In this document: piece after piece, positions 17,193 through 26,268 of the stretch
Layout: every line of letters starts with the position of its first letter
Numbering within the stretch: the first letter of the stretch is position 1
Origin: Acinetobacter wanghuae
GTDB lineage: Bacteria > Pseudomonadota > Gammaproteobacteria > Pseudomonadales > Moraxellaceae
Direction of reading: 5' to 3'
DNA length: 32,000 nt
Assembly (NCBI RefSeq): GCF_009557235.1
Contig: NZ_CP045650.1
Coordinates: 990,001-1,022,000 of the forward strand
Position numbers and translations under genes: made by a program
Notes under the pieces: model-generated
Seen by the model: only the letters and a program-made list of their open reading frames with translations
Told to the model about the DNA's origin: nothing
Databases searched by the model: none

Positions 17193-17407
17193 ATTCAACT
17201 TTTCCACTGTTTTTGAAGGGGGAGATGATCAAAGATAGCCCTTTAAGTATAACCAAGTTCATGACAAATAGGGCGAAAAGCATTATTCATTTAAAAAATG
17301 ATCCTATCACTTAATATATACGAGTTAAATACACCATGTGTGCCATATTTGCGTCATAATAATGGCTTAGATTAAAGCGAATTTTTTGAATTTTAAAGGA
17401 GCGTTGA

Positions 17408-18823
17408 ATGCCACGTAAGAAAGAGGTCGTTAGTGGGACTTTCGTTAAGTATGATGCGGTAGTTCTAGGTTCAGGCCCTGCGGGCGAAGGCGCGGCAATG
17501 AAGCTTGCTAAATCCGGCAAACGCGTTGCAATTGTTGATATGCGTGAACAATTGGGTGGTAACTGTACCCATGTCGGTACGATTCCAAGTAAAGCATTGC
17601 GTCAAACCGTATCGAGCATTATTCGATATCAACGTGATCCAATGTTCCAAAAAGTGGGTGATTGGAAACAATACACCATGAAGCAAGTGCTTCGAAATGC
17701 GCACAAAGTGATTCAACAGCAAGTAGAAACACATTCGCGTTTCTATGACCGCAATAAGATTGATATCTACCATGGTCGTGCTTACGTGCAAGATCAAAAT
17801 ACTATTTTCGTCTTTAGTCCTGAGGGTATTAAAGAAACGTTAATGTTCAAGCAATTGGTCATTGCAACGGGTTCACGTCCATATCGTCCAGAAATTTTAG
17901 ATTTTAACCATCCACGTGTATTTGATTCAGACAAAATTTTGGATCTGGATTTCTCAATCCAAAAAATCATCATTTATGGTGCAGGCGTGATTGGTTGTGA
18001 ATATGCATCCATCTTCATCGGTCTTGGACATAAAGTTGATCTAATTAATACTCAGCCGAAGCTCCTCAGCTATTTGGATGATGAAATTTCAGATGCTTTG
18101 TCTTATCACTTACGTGAACAAGGTGTGTTAATTCGTCATAACGAACAAATTGATTATCTTGAAACTTTTGATAATCACGTGATTATGCATACCCAAAGTG
18201 GCAAAAAAATCAAAGCTGATGCGATTTTGTGGTGTAACGGTCGTTCGGGTAATACCGATGGTTTAGGTCTTGAAAATATTGGTTTAAAACCAAATAGCCG
18301 TGGTCAGTTAACGGTGAATGATCAATACCAAACTGAAGTTGAAAATGTGTATGCGGCGGGTGATGTCATTGGTTGGCCTTCACTTGCTTCGGCTGCCTAT
18401 GACCAAGGTCGTTGCGCAGGCGCGAATATGAATGGCGAAGAAAATGTAAAACCTGTAACGGATATTCCGACTGGGATTTATACCATTCCTGAAATTTCTT
18501 CGATTGGTAAAACAGAGCAACAGTTAACGGAAGAAAAAATTCCGTACGAAGTCGGACAAGCATCATTCCGTCATTTGGCACGTGCCCAAATTACTGGTGA
18601 TACGATGGGCGAACTGAAGATTCTGTTCCATCGTGAAACTTTAGAAGTTTTAGGCGTACATTGCTTCGGTAATAACGCATCGGAAATTATCCACATTGGT
18701 CAGGCCGTGATGAATAGTCCAAACAACACCATCAAGTATTTTGTTGAAACGACGTTTAACTACCCAACCATGGCGGAAGCGTACCGTGTAGCAACATTAA
18801 ACGGTATGAATCGTTTGTTCTAA
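17408..18823 (+). CDS. sthA: Soluble pyridine nucleotide transhydrogenase
   Basis: Flavoprotein disulfide-reductase fold with [10 protein letters not shown] and [15 protein letters not shown] (a single Cys, typical of SthA/UdhA), plus a second Rossmann motif [17 protein letters not shown] lies 6 nt before the ATG. Confidence 0.9.
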   Translation: MPRKKEVVSGTFVKYDAVVLGSGPAGEGAAMKLAKSGKRVAIVDMREQLGGNCTHVGTIPSKALRQTVSSIIRYQRDPMFQKVGDWKQYTMKQVLRNAHKVIQQQVETHSRFYDRNKIDIYHGRAYVQDQNTIFVFSPEGIKETLMFKQLVIATGSRPYRPEILDFNHPRVFDSDKILDLDFSIQKIIIYGAGVIGCEYASIFIGLGHKVDLINTQPKLLSYLDDEISDALSYHLREQGVLIRHNEQIDYLETFDNHVIMHTQSGKKIKADAILWCNGRSGNTDGLGLENIGLKPNSRGQLTVNDQYQTEVENVYAAGDVIGWPSLASAAYDQGRCAGANMNGEENVKPVTDIPTGIYTIPEISSIGKTEQQLTEEKIPYEVGQASFRHLARAQITGDTMGELKILFHRETLEVLGVHCFGNNASEIIHIGQAVMNSPNNTIKYFVETTFNYPTMAEAYRVATLNGMNRLF

Positions 18824-18840
18824 TTTTATAATTTAGACGC

Positions 18841-18873
18841 AAAAAACCCGTAAGTTTATCTTACGGGTTTTTT
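18841..18873. terminator. Bidirectional terminator between convergent sthA and the pirin gene
   Basis: Stem cccgtaag (18847-18854) pairs with cttacggg (18860-18867), flanked by A6 and T6 runs. Confidence 0.8.
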
Positions 18874-18894
18874 ATTGAAGCAACGTTTAAGTAT

Positions 18895-19758
18895 TTAAGC
18901 AAAATGATCACGATTAAAATCGTTAAACGCTTGATCAATTTCTGCTTGAGTATTCATCACGAATGGACCATGCGCAACAATCGGTTCATTTAAAGCTTGC
19001 CCACTTAATACCAAAAGCTTGCTGGTTGCATTTACTTGAATATCAACGGCAGTCGTTTGATCCCTCACATAAAGTGTTTGTAACGCGCCGTAGTTTTTAC
19101 CATCTACCTGAATTTCGCCACTCAATACGAAAATCATATTGTTCCATTTTGGATTGAGTTGCAATTGATGCGTAGCGCCTGTATTGAAACGTAAATCCAG
19201 CACAGTCATTGGGCTAAACGTTTGTGCAGGACCAACAGCAAGCTCGCCTGAATGTAAATATTCACCTGCAATGACTCGAATAATCCCTTGTTGATCAGCT
19301 AAAGTAATTTCAGGAATACTGCGTTCGGTTAATTCTTGATAACGCGGTTCAGTCATTTTGGCGTGACTCGGTAAATTCACCCACAATTGAATCATGTCCA
19401 AATGTCCACCTGATTGTGCAAAGGCTTTCGAGTGATGTTCGGCATGCATAATGCCACGACCCGCCGTCATCCATTGCACTTCATTTTTACCAATTGTGCC
19501 GTGGTTGCCTTTGGAATCCCGATGTTCAAGTTCACCGTCATAGACAATGGTCACGGTTTCAAATCCGCGATGTGGATGCATACCGACCCCACGTTGATGT
19601 TGACTCGGGCTAAATACATAATCTTGAGTATAACCCATGACCAAAAATGGACTGGTCGCATTGCCCATTTCATGCATCGGTAACATGGAGTTGGTCGGGA
19701 AGCCATCACCAACCCAAGTACTGCGATCACTTTGATAAACACGTTGAATAGTACTCAT
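18895..19758 (-). CDS. Pirin-family protein (bicupin, YhhW-like)
   Basis: The cupin metal-binding motif is HPHRGFETVT...GELEH, and QWMTAGRGIMHAE is typical of pirins. GAGGA lies 8 nt before the ATG. Confidence 0.9.
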   Translation of the reverse strand: MSTIQRVYQSDRSTWVGDGFPTNSMLPMHEMGNATSPFLVMGYTQDYVFSPSQHQRGVGMHPHRGFETVTIVYDGELEHRDSKGNHGTIGKNEVQWMTAGRGIMHAEHHSKAFAQSGGHLDMIQLWVNLPSHAKMTEPRYQELTERSIPEITLADQQGIIRVIAGEYLHSGELAVGPAQTFSPMTVLDLRFNTGATHQLQLNPKWNNMIFVLSGEIQVDGKNYGALQTLYVRDQTTAVDIQVNATSKLLVLSGQALNEPIVAHGPFVMNTQAEIDQAFNDFNRDHFA

Positions 19759-19864
19759 CGCTCATATCCTCAATATAATAATTTGCTTATGAAGACTATT
19801 ATTGGGCTATAGTAGGACTGAATACAGATCGATAACATCAACAGATAATTCTATAAATGAAACA

Positions 19865-20773
19865 ATGATGCAAAATCTCAACGACTATTATTACTACGTT
19901 CAAGTAGTCAAATACCACGGTTATACCAAAGCCAGCGAAGCTTTAGGTATTACCAAATCTAAGCTTTCACGTCGTATTAGCGACCTTGAAGGGCGTCTAA
20001 ATGTGCGCTTGATTCAACGTAATACGCGTAAATTTACCGTGACTGAGCTTGGACAGCAGTTTTACACGCATTGCTTAAAAATTTTAGAAGATGTCGATGA
20101 AGCAGAAAATTTTATTCATAGCACATTGAACGATGCACTTTGTGGCAACATTAAAATTTCCTGTCCAGTGGCTTTAGTTGAAACCCCGATTGGTGGCATC
20201 GTATCACGGTTTTTGCAACAAAACCCTGCTGTGCATATTCAACTCATGGCAACCAATGAGCGTGTTGATGTGATTGCTCAAGGGATTGATTTAGCCATTC
20301 GTGTTCGACATTTACCGATCGAAGACAGTGATTTAGTCGTTAGGGAACTTGATGCATGGGGACATGTCTTGATAGCATCACCTGCTTTTCTTGATGTGCA
20401 TGGTGAACCCACGACATTTCAAGATTTGAGTGATTATCCAAGTGTGGGCTTTGACCGCCCTAAACATATTTGGGAATTTACCCATCAAGCATCCATGCAA
20501 AAGCAAAGCTTAAGTCTAAATCCGAGATTAAAAACCGATAGCTTCCTTGCGATGAAAACTGCGGTTAAACTCGGCGTGGGAATCGGGTCATTGCCAAAAG
20601 TTTTTGTACGAGATGAATTAAAATCGGGAGAGTTAGTGCAACTTTTCCCTGAATGGGAATTGCCAAGTGGTGTCATTCATGTGGCATATGCATCACGGCA
20701 AGGGATGTTGCCCGCTGTACGTGCATTTTTAGATTACTTGTTACTCGAGTTTCGCAATTTACAGACCGAATAA
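19865..20773 (+). CDS. LysR-family transcriptional regulator
   Basis: N-terminal wHTH: YYYVQVVKYHGYTKASEALGITKSKLSRRISDLEGRLNVRLIQR. It is divergent from the pirin gene. I chose the start at ATG 19865/19868; the listed ORF uses TTG 19802. Confidence 0.9.
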   Translation: MMQNLNDYYYYVQVVKYHGYTKASEALGITKSKLSRRISDLEGRLNVRLIQRNTRKFTVTELGQQFYTHCLKILEDVDEAENFIHSTLNDALCGNIKISCPVALVETPIGGIVSRFLQQNPAVHIQLMATNERVDVIAQGIDLAIRVRHLPIEDSDLVVRELDAWGHVLIASPAFLDVHGEPTTFQDLSDYPSVGFDRPKHIWEFTHQASMQKQSLSLNPRLKTDSFLAMKTAVKLGVGIGSLPKVFVRDELKSGELVQLFPEWELPSGVIHVAYASRQGMLPAVRAFLDYLLLEFRNLQTE

Positions 20774-20865
20774 GCTCAAAAGGTGAAATTAAGTACAGAA
20801 GATAGGGCATGACGATCATTTATTTTCATGCCCGATTATTTTGATCAACATGGAACACGTAAAAA

Positions 20866-21831
20866 TTAGAAAGGTCGACTGCCTGCCAAACTAATACGCT
20901 TCAGTAATCTGCGCTGGTCTGCGGGAAAGGGTTGGCGTGAATGCAGAGTCGCTTGATTATCCCAAAAGACAACATCACCAATTTGCCAATCGTGTTCATA
21001 ACGAAACTCAGGTTTTTGTATATGCGCACGTAATTTTGCAATTAACGCACTGCCTGCTTGATCGTCATAATTGACCAATTCAACTTCAGTATGCGTATTC
21101 AGCCACAATGCTTTACGACCCGATTCTGGATGAATACGCACCAATGGATGCGGATAAGCATGGCTGAGGATCGGCTGATCTTTAAAGCGATATAAAGGGC
21201 TCTCGCCATAACCGTTACTCTCGTTTAAATCCTTGGTTTTTTGACGACGCACAAATGGATTATAGGTAATCAGTTGTAACTGATCGATCTCTGCTTTGGT
21301 TTCTTCATCTAAAGCATCATAAGCTTTGATCGTATTGATCCATGAAGTTTTGCCACCGTCCTTAGGAAGCTCGATGGCATAAAGTAAGGAGCCAAAGGAG
21401 GGAAGTGGTGTCCATTGATGGTCGGCATGCGGTGTGAGTTCACCATGACCCGTATAATCGCCTTGTCCGACTGCATTCGAGACAGGAACGACATCAGGCG
21501 GCACACCATTTTCCTGTTGTGACGCCAACACGGGTGTATCGGCACTTGGACGGAAAATAGCGCCAAAATAAGTGGCGAAAGCCAAATATTGTAAATCGTC
21601 TAACGTTTGTTGTTTAAAAATCAAAACTAAATGCTGTGCCAATGCTTGCTTGAGTTTGTAAATAGTTTCCCCAGATTGTGCTTTACGTGCATCTAAACCA
21701 TAAACGATTGCGCCGAGTGCCGCATGATCTTGAGGAATGATTTTGATTTCATCGCTATTTTGAAATTGTTCAGGCTGATGCCAACGCGGTGCATCGTGAA
21801 TGGCTTGCGAGAGCTGGGTTAGACTTGTCAT
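20866..21831 (-). CDS. TauD/TfdA-family Fe(II)/2-oxoglutarate dioxygenase
   Basis: The HxD facial-triad motif is TPHADHQW, and the distal His lies in FWDNQATLHSRQPF. Length and layout fit the TauD family. Confidence 0.85.
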   Translation of the reverse strand: MTSLTQLSQAIHDAPRWHQPEQFQNSDEIKIIPQDHAALGAIVYGLDARKAQSGETIYKLKQALAQHLVLIFKQQTLDDLQYLAFATYFGAIFRPSADTPVLASQQENGVPPDVVPVSNAVGQGDYTGHGELTPHADHQWTPLPSFGSLLYAIELPKDGGKTSWINTIKAYDALDEETKAEIDQLQLITYNPFVRRQKTKDLNESNGYGESPLYRFKDQPILSHAYPHPLVRIHPESGRKALWLNTHTEVELVNYDDQAGSALIAKLRAHIQKPEFRYEHDWQIGDVVFWDNQATLHSRQPFPADQRRLLKRISLAGSRPF

Positions 21832-22133
21832 TTTTCTGCTCAGAGAATTTTTATGAGAGAAAATGTAAAAAATCCACTTTTAAAAATAAAATCATAAGAA
21901 ATGATAACCTTATGAAAAACCTAATTTTTGTATTATCATTTTGATTTTAAATCATTTAAGTTAATGTGCTTTATATAGCTAAATCCTTGCTGAGAAAACG
22001 TCAACATTAGTGGGCACAAAAGGCTTGGTTAAAAGAGTCAAATAGCTGTGGTGTATTTGACCACAGCAGTAATGACAAGATCAGCAGAACCATGACCGTT
22101 AAGCCAAGGGCAATTTTAAACATTAAGGTGGAA

Positions 22134-23345
22134 TTAATCATGCACCACTTGCTCCTCATTGACCCAAAAATGAACTATTACACCTAATATGCTCAGCGCA
22201 ATAGAGAGCATCCAAATCACATTATAGTTGCCACTCATATCATGATTGACACCGCCTAACCACCCCCCAAAGAAAGAACCCACTTGATGAGTGAAGAACA
22301 CAATACCGCTTAGCATACTTAAGTATTTTACCCCAAACATGTTGGCGACAATACCATTGGTGAGTGGCACGGTAGAGAGCCAAAGCAAGCCCATTACTAC
22401 ACCAAAGGCATAGACCGTCCATGTACTGAGCGGCAGAAGTAAAAATGCGATAATGGCGATGCCGCGTAAGCCATATAACCCCATCAATAAATGCGGTTTA
22501 GAGTACTTTCCACCGAGCCAACCTGCTGTATAAGTCCCTACGACGTTAAACAATCCAACCAAAGCAAGAAAAACAGTACCTGTGGTGGCATTAAAACCAT
22601 GATCAATCAAATACCCTGGCAAATGAATGCCAATAAATACCACTTGAAAACCACAGACCAAGAATCCTAAGGCTAAGAACCAAAATGGTTTATGATTTTT
22701 GGCAATGATGAGGATGTCTTTAAAACTCAACGCGGCTTGTGTGGTGGTTATTGCATTCGGTGCGGCATAGGTTGGTGCTTTAAGCATTGCTGCTAAGGGC
22801 ATAATAAGTGCAATTAAGATCGCGCTCACCACTAATGCCGCTGACCACCCAATATTTTGTAGTAATAACAAGGTCGTTGGTAGCATAATAAACTGACCAA
22901 ATGAGCCTGCTGCACTGGCAATCCCCATCGCGAGGCTACGTTTTTCGGGTGGAGCAGCGCGACCGATGGCAGACAGTAAAATTGGGAACGAGGTTGCTGA
23001 TAGCGCCAAACCTAAAATAAGCCCCGCACTGATATTCAGCAATATGCCTGTTGAACTGACCGCCATCATCAATAAGCCGATGACATAGAGTAAGCCACCA
23101 GTGGCAACGACTAAACGACTGCCATACTTGTCGGCTAAAGCACCCGTAAAGGGTTGCACTGCACCCCAAATTAAGTTTTGCATGGCAATGGCAAGACTGA
23201 AAACATTGTGTCCCCAACCGAACTCATCACTCATGGGAACCAAATACAGTCCAAATGCATGTCGAACACCTAAAGACAATGCCAAGATAATTGCAGCACC
23301 AATGAGCATATAAATCAGTGGTTTTGAAAATTGGCTGTCCGACAT
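22134..23345 (-). CDS. MFS transporter (12 TM, substrate unknown)
   Basis: The 403-aa protein is highly hydrophobic with about 12 predicted helices, and GALADKYGSR is an MFS loop 2-3 type motif. Confidence 0.85.
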   Translation of the reverse strand: MSDSQFSKPLIYMLIGAAIILALSLGVRHAFGLYLVPMSDEFGWGHNVFSLAIAMQNLIWGAVQPFTGALADKYGSRLVVATGGLLYVIGLLMMAVSSTGILLNISAGLILGLALSATSFPILLSAIGRAAPPEKRSLAMGIASAAGSFGQFIMLPTTLLLLQNIGWSAALVVSAILIALIMPLAAMLKAPTYAAPNAITTTQAALSFKDILIIAKNHKPFWFLALGFLVCGFQVVFIGIHLPGYLIDHGFNATTGTVFLALVGLFNVVGTYTAGWLGGKYSKPHLLMGLYGLRGIAIIAFLLLPLSTWTVYAFGVVMGLLWLSTVPLTNGIVANMFGVKYLSMLSGIVFFTHQVGSFFGGWLGGVNHDMSGNYNVIWMLSIALSILGVIVHFWVNEEQVVHD

Positions 23346-23448
23346 GCTGAATCCAATAAGATGAAATTTAGAGCATATATTAGAGCATTGCCTTGTCTGA
23401 AACGATTCAATAAAAATTGAACAAACAATAAAAAATATTTATGGTTGT

Positions 23449-23474
23449 AAAAAAAACGGCTTACGCCGTTTTTT
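23449..23474 (-). terminator. Rho-independent terminator after the OmpW-like gene
   Basis: Stem aacggc (23455-23460) pairs with gccgtt (23465-23470) around a ttac loop. An A8 run on the plus strand gives a U8 run on the minus strand. Confidence 0.7.
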
Positions 23475-23478
23475 ATTT

Positions 23479-24597
23479 TTAGAAACGCATCCCGACGCCG
23501 GCGTATGCCAAGATTGGATTAATCTCGATATCTGCTTTAGAGCGAATGAGTTCGCCTAAGTTTTCATCACTCACCGTAATGGTGGTCTCATTTTTCAAAT
23601 GCGCATAAGAAACAGAGCCAACAGCAAACCATTTATCATTGAAATCATAGGTGAAACCCACTGTGGCTACTGGAGCGAAAGTATCGGTTGCATCTAATTT
23701 TACTTTCGGATTCGCATCACTTTTTTTACCATCTAACGCTGCGCCCGCTTGATTATTTTGAATATTGGCAATCATATGACCGGCATTAATTAAGTCATTT
23801 TCAATGGTGGGATTGATTTTCAGTTCATTGAAATAAGCATAAAGAACCCCTAAGCCTACATAGGGACGGAACTTATTGACACCTGTTTTACCAAAATGAT
23901 ATTGCAGTTCAGCGGCAGGTGTCCAAGCACGGGCTGTTGCAGCAGCACCATGCGCAGCCAAGTCTGTGATCTCGATATCACTCTTGAGTGGTAAGTCACC
24001 AATAATTGCGCCGACACCTTCAGGCGATGCAGTTCCACTAAATGGCGCATAGATTTTACCTTTACCGGATAAATCGACCTTCGGTGGTATACCTGCTTTC
24101 ACTTCTAAAGAAATATTGTCAGTGAAAAAGTAGTTCGTCATGATCCCTAGGGTGGTGACATCGTCCGCTTCCAAACCTGTCCCTGGATTTGACCAAGAAT
24201 CTAAACCATAAATTTCTGCTTCACCTGCAACGCTACCTTTTAAATACTGAACGCCATTTTCATCTTCATATGAAACCAGTTTATTAATAATCGGTGTATT
24301 TAAAACGGTTTCTAACGCCTTTTTCTTCGCAGATGCGCCTTCGACAGTTTCATCAATTGCACCAAGCACTGAGCTAGTTTTGATATCGCCAACGCTAGAC
24401 TTAAATCCTTCATGAATTGCAGTATTGACTTGAAAGGGTTGGGCTTTGCCTTGAGGCATCACGTGTAACGCACCGACAGACACGGAAAAACGCTTAAATC
24501 CATCACCATCTTTTAAACTAAAATAAGGTGAATCTGCATAGCTCATTGCGGGGAAAGCTGCCATTGTTCCAAGCACGCAAGCATAGATTTTTTTCAT
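23479..24597 (-). CDS. Outer-membrane beta-barrel protein, OmpW-family-like (long form)
   Basis: The signal peptide is MKKIYACVLGTMAAFPAMSYA|D. The protein shows an alternating amphipathic beta pattern and a C-terminal beta-signal ...LAYAGVGMRF. The N-terminal RFSVSVGALHVMP resembles the first OmpW strand. The start at 24597 lies 9 nt after GGAG. Confidence 0.6.
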   Translation of the reverse strand: MKKIYACVLGTMAAFPAMSYADSPYFSLKDGDGFKRFSVSVGALHVMPQGKAQPFQVNTAIHEGFKSSVGDIKTSSVLGAIDETVEGASAKKKALETVLNTPIINKLVSYEDENGVQYLKGSVAGEAEIYGLDSWSNPGTGLEADDVTTLGIMTNYFFTDNISLEVKAGIPPKVDLSGKGKIYAPFSGTASPEGVGAIIGDLPLKSDIEITDLAAHGAAATARAWTPAAELQYHFGKTGVNKFRPYVGLGVLYAYFNELKINPTIENDLINAGHMIANIQNNQAGAALDGKKSDANPKVKLDATDTFAPVATVGFTYDFNDKWFAVGSVSYAHLKNETTITVSDENLGELIRSKADIEINPILAYAGVGMRF

Positions 24598-24990
24598 ATA
24601 AGAGGACTCCATGTCCAAGTTTATTCATCATTGTTGTTATGGCATTATCTAAAATGAGGGCGAGAATTCTTGTCGCAAAATAGATCAGGCTTTGTTGTTC
24701 ATACGTAACTAAATAACAAATAGGTTACAGTTCTTGATGATTTAAACAGGATTAATGTAATAAAAATCGCTTAAATATACGGCTAGAAAGTGGGTGCTGT
24801 TAGATGAATGTTCTACTTATGCGAATTAAAAGGAGTAGCGCATTTTTAGATTGATGTATGAAAGACATGAGCAAAAAGTGGTGAACGATCAAAACGATTT
24901 TGCACAAAGACCATATGCAAGATAAATTACAAATTACACCTGTCGTGGTTTTTTTTGTACAATAGCGCTAGATACTATTGAGTGACACAC

Positions 24991-25173
24991 ATGAGCTCCC
25001 CAAATTCTTCCACCAAGAAGAAGGCCTTGGTTAATTTGCCTTTTCCAATTAAACAAGCTGAACAAAATGCGGCAGAGGAAATCTTAGAAGATTTACGACC
25101 TAAACCGCAACGTTATGCAGACCGTACTTGGATGCCACCGCGTGGTACTCGCCGTTCGATGGGTAAACGTTAA
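24991..25173 (+). CDS. Hypothetical small basic protein (60 aa)
   Basis: An ORF with an ATG at 24991 (the listed ORF starts at GTG 24982), followed directly by a strong terminator. The C-terminal tail is Arg/Lys-rich (PPRGTRRSMGKR). I recognise no homolog. Confidence 0.4.
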   Translation: MSSPNSSTKKKALVNLPFPIKQAEQNAAEEILEDLRPKPQRYADRTWMPPRGTRRSMGKR

Positions 25174-25175
25174 TT

Positions 25176-25207
25176 AAAAAAGCACTGAATTTCAGTGCTT
25201 TTTTTTA
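25176..25207. terminator. Bidirectional terminator between the convergent small ORF and the macro-like gene
   Basis: Stem agcactga (25181-25188) pairs with tcagtgct (25192-25199). An A5 run lies upstream and a T-run of about 9 downstream. Confidence 0.8.
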
Positions 25208-25253
25208 TGATCATTATTTAATATTTTTTAAATGTTCCTAGGCATGCTGTTAA

Positions 25254-26036
25254 CTAAGACTTCTTAGATTTATGCTCAGGCTTTGGTGGTGTGATTTGGC
25301 GTTTAGCATGCCAAGCATCGGCAAAGTCTTGTTCGTTAATATGATACAGCTCAAGTAATGCCAATACCACGCCACCAAAAAGCATCGGTTTTTCAGTTTG
25401 CTGTTGAAAATCTGGAATTTTAGTCTCTAGATTATGCAAAATATCTTGTATTTCAAATACACGATCGCGGTCATTGCTGTCGGTTGGATACATCGGTGTA
25501 TTGACTAAGATTTTTGCCAAGCTCTTTTCATTGTCCGAAATATCTAAAGCATCAATCAGGGCATCCGATTCCGTCGCTAAAATGACAGCATCACAAAATA
25601 GACAATGTAAGAATGTATCCGTTAATTTAGGTAAAGGTTTTTCGACAAATGCTCTAAAAGATTGTGGGAAAATTACATTACGTGAAATGCCACGGAACAT
25701 CGGTGCAATTTCTTCAATTTTATAACCTGCAATGCCACAACCGAGTGAGGTAATAAAATACTGAATTTTTGGATGATTTTTCGTGTAAATTTTAAAGTCA
25801 TCAATATAGTGTTGAATTTGCGATAATGGCATTTGCTGCAAATGCTCATTAATGGTCGGAATCGCATAACTTTGACCTGACCAACCACGACCCACACCCT
25901 TTAAAGCGCCAAAATGTGTTAAAGCTGTTTTTGCTGCGCCGTCGATGTGCTGTCCTGCCAGATTACTACCAAAGACAAATACGGTATTTTTAGGTAATGC
26001 TTTGATAATGCTTTCGTCGTGGTATTTATAAGTCAT
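25254..26036 (-). CDS. Hypothetical protein with an N-terminal macro-domain-like module (family assignment tentative) and a C-terminal domain of unknown function
   Basis: VFVFGSNLAGQHIDGAAKTA resembles the macro-domain NAAN..L.GGGV.GAI loop, and ITSLGCGIAGYK resembles the IS.G.YGYP loop. Residues from about 140 to 260 are helical with a basic tail and have no motif I recognise. Confidence 0.5.
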   Translation of the reverse strand: MTYKYHDESIIKALPKNTVFVFGSNLAGQHIDGAAKTALTHFGALKGVGRGWSGQSYAIPTINEHLQQMPLSQIQHYIDDFKIYTKNHPKIQYFITSLGCGIAGYKIEEIAPMFRGISRNVIFPQSFRAFVEKPLPKLTDTFLHCLFCDAVILATESDALIDALDISDNEKSLAKILVNTPMYPTDSNDRDRVFEIQDILHNLETKIPDFQQQTEKPMLFGGVVLALLELYHINEQDFADAWHAKRQITPPKPEHKSKKS

Positions 26037-26204
26037 GATGATGCGTTCTAGCTTATGTTTTACTCATGTTGCCTCGTTAATTCAGGCGGGTCAAGCAAGA
26101 TTCATTTTCGATTGCAACAATCATTTTATCCGCAAAAATAATCAGGATAAAAACCAATTTTTCATTGGCAAAATGTAGTGATTGAGTATGTATAGATATG
26201 ATTT

Positions 26205-26234
26205 TTTTAGCAGAGGCGTGCAAATCTGCTAAAA
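26205..26234. repeat. Perfect 10-bp inverted repeat in the uvrB upstream region
   Basis: TTTTAGCAGA (26205-26214), a 10-nt spacer ggcgtgcaaa, then TCTGCTAAAA (26225-26234). It ends 35 nt before the uvrB GTG. Confidence 0.6.
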
Positions 26235-26268
26235 TTAACGATCCGTATTTCGGCTGAGTTATGTATCT

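Noticed and set aside
19759-19864. A LysR T-N11-A box in the pirin/LysR divergent promoter region (for example ATAATAATTTGCTTAT).
   Set aside because: The spacing does not fit T-N11-A exactly, and the region is so AT-rich that similar partial palindromes are expected by chance.
24982-25173. Identifying the small basic protein as the alternative ribosome-rescue factor ArfA.
   Set aside because: It lacks the conserved KGKGSY.RK-type motif I remember for ArfA. In addition, the hairpin lies after the stop codon rather than inside the coding region, as in the ArfA non-stop mRNA mechanism.
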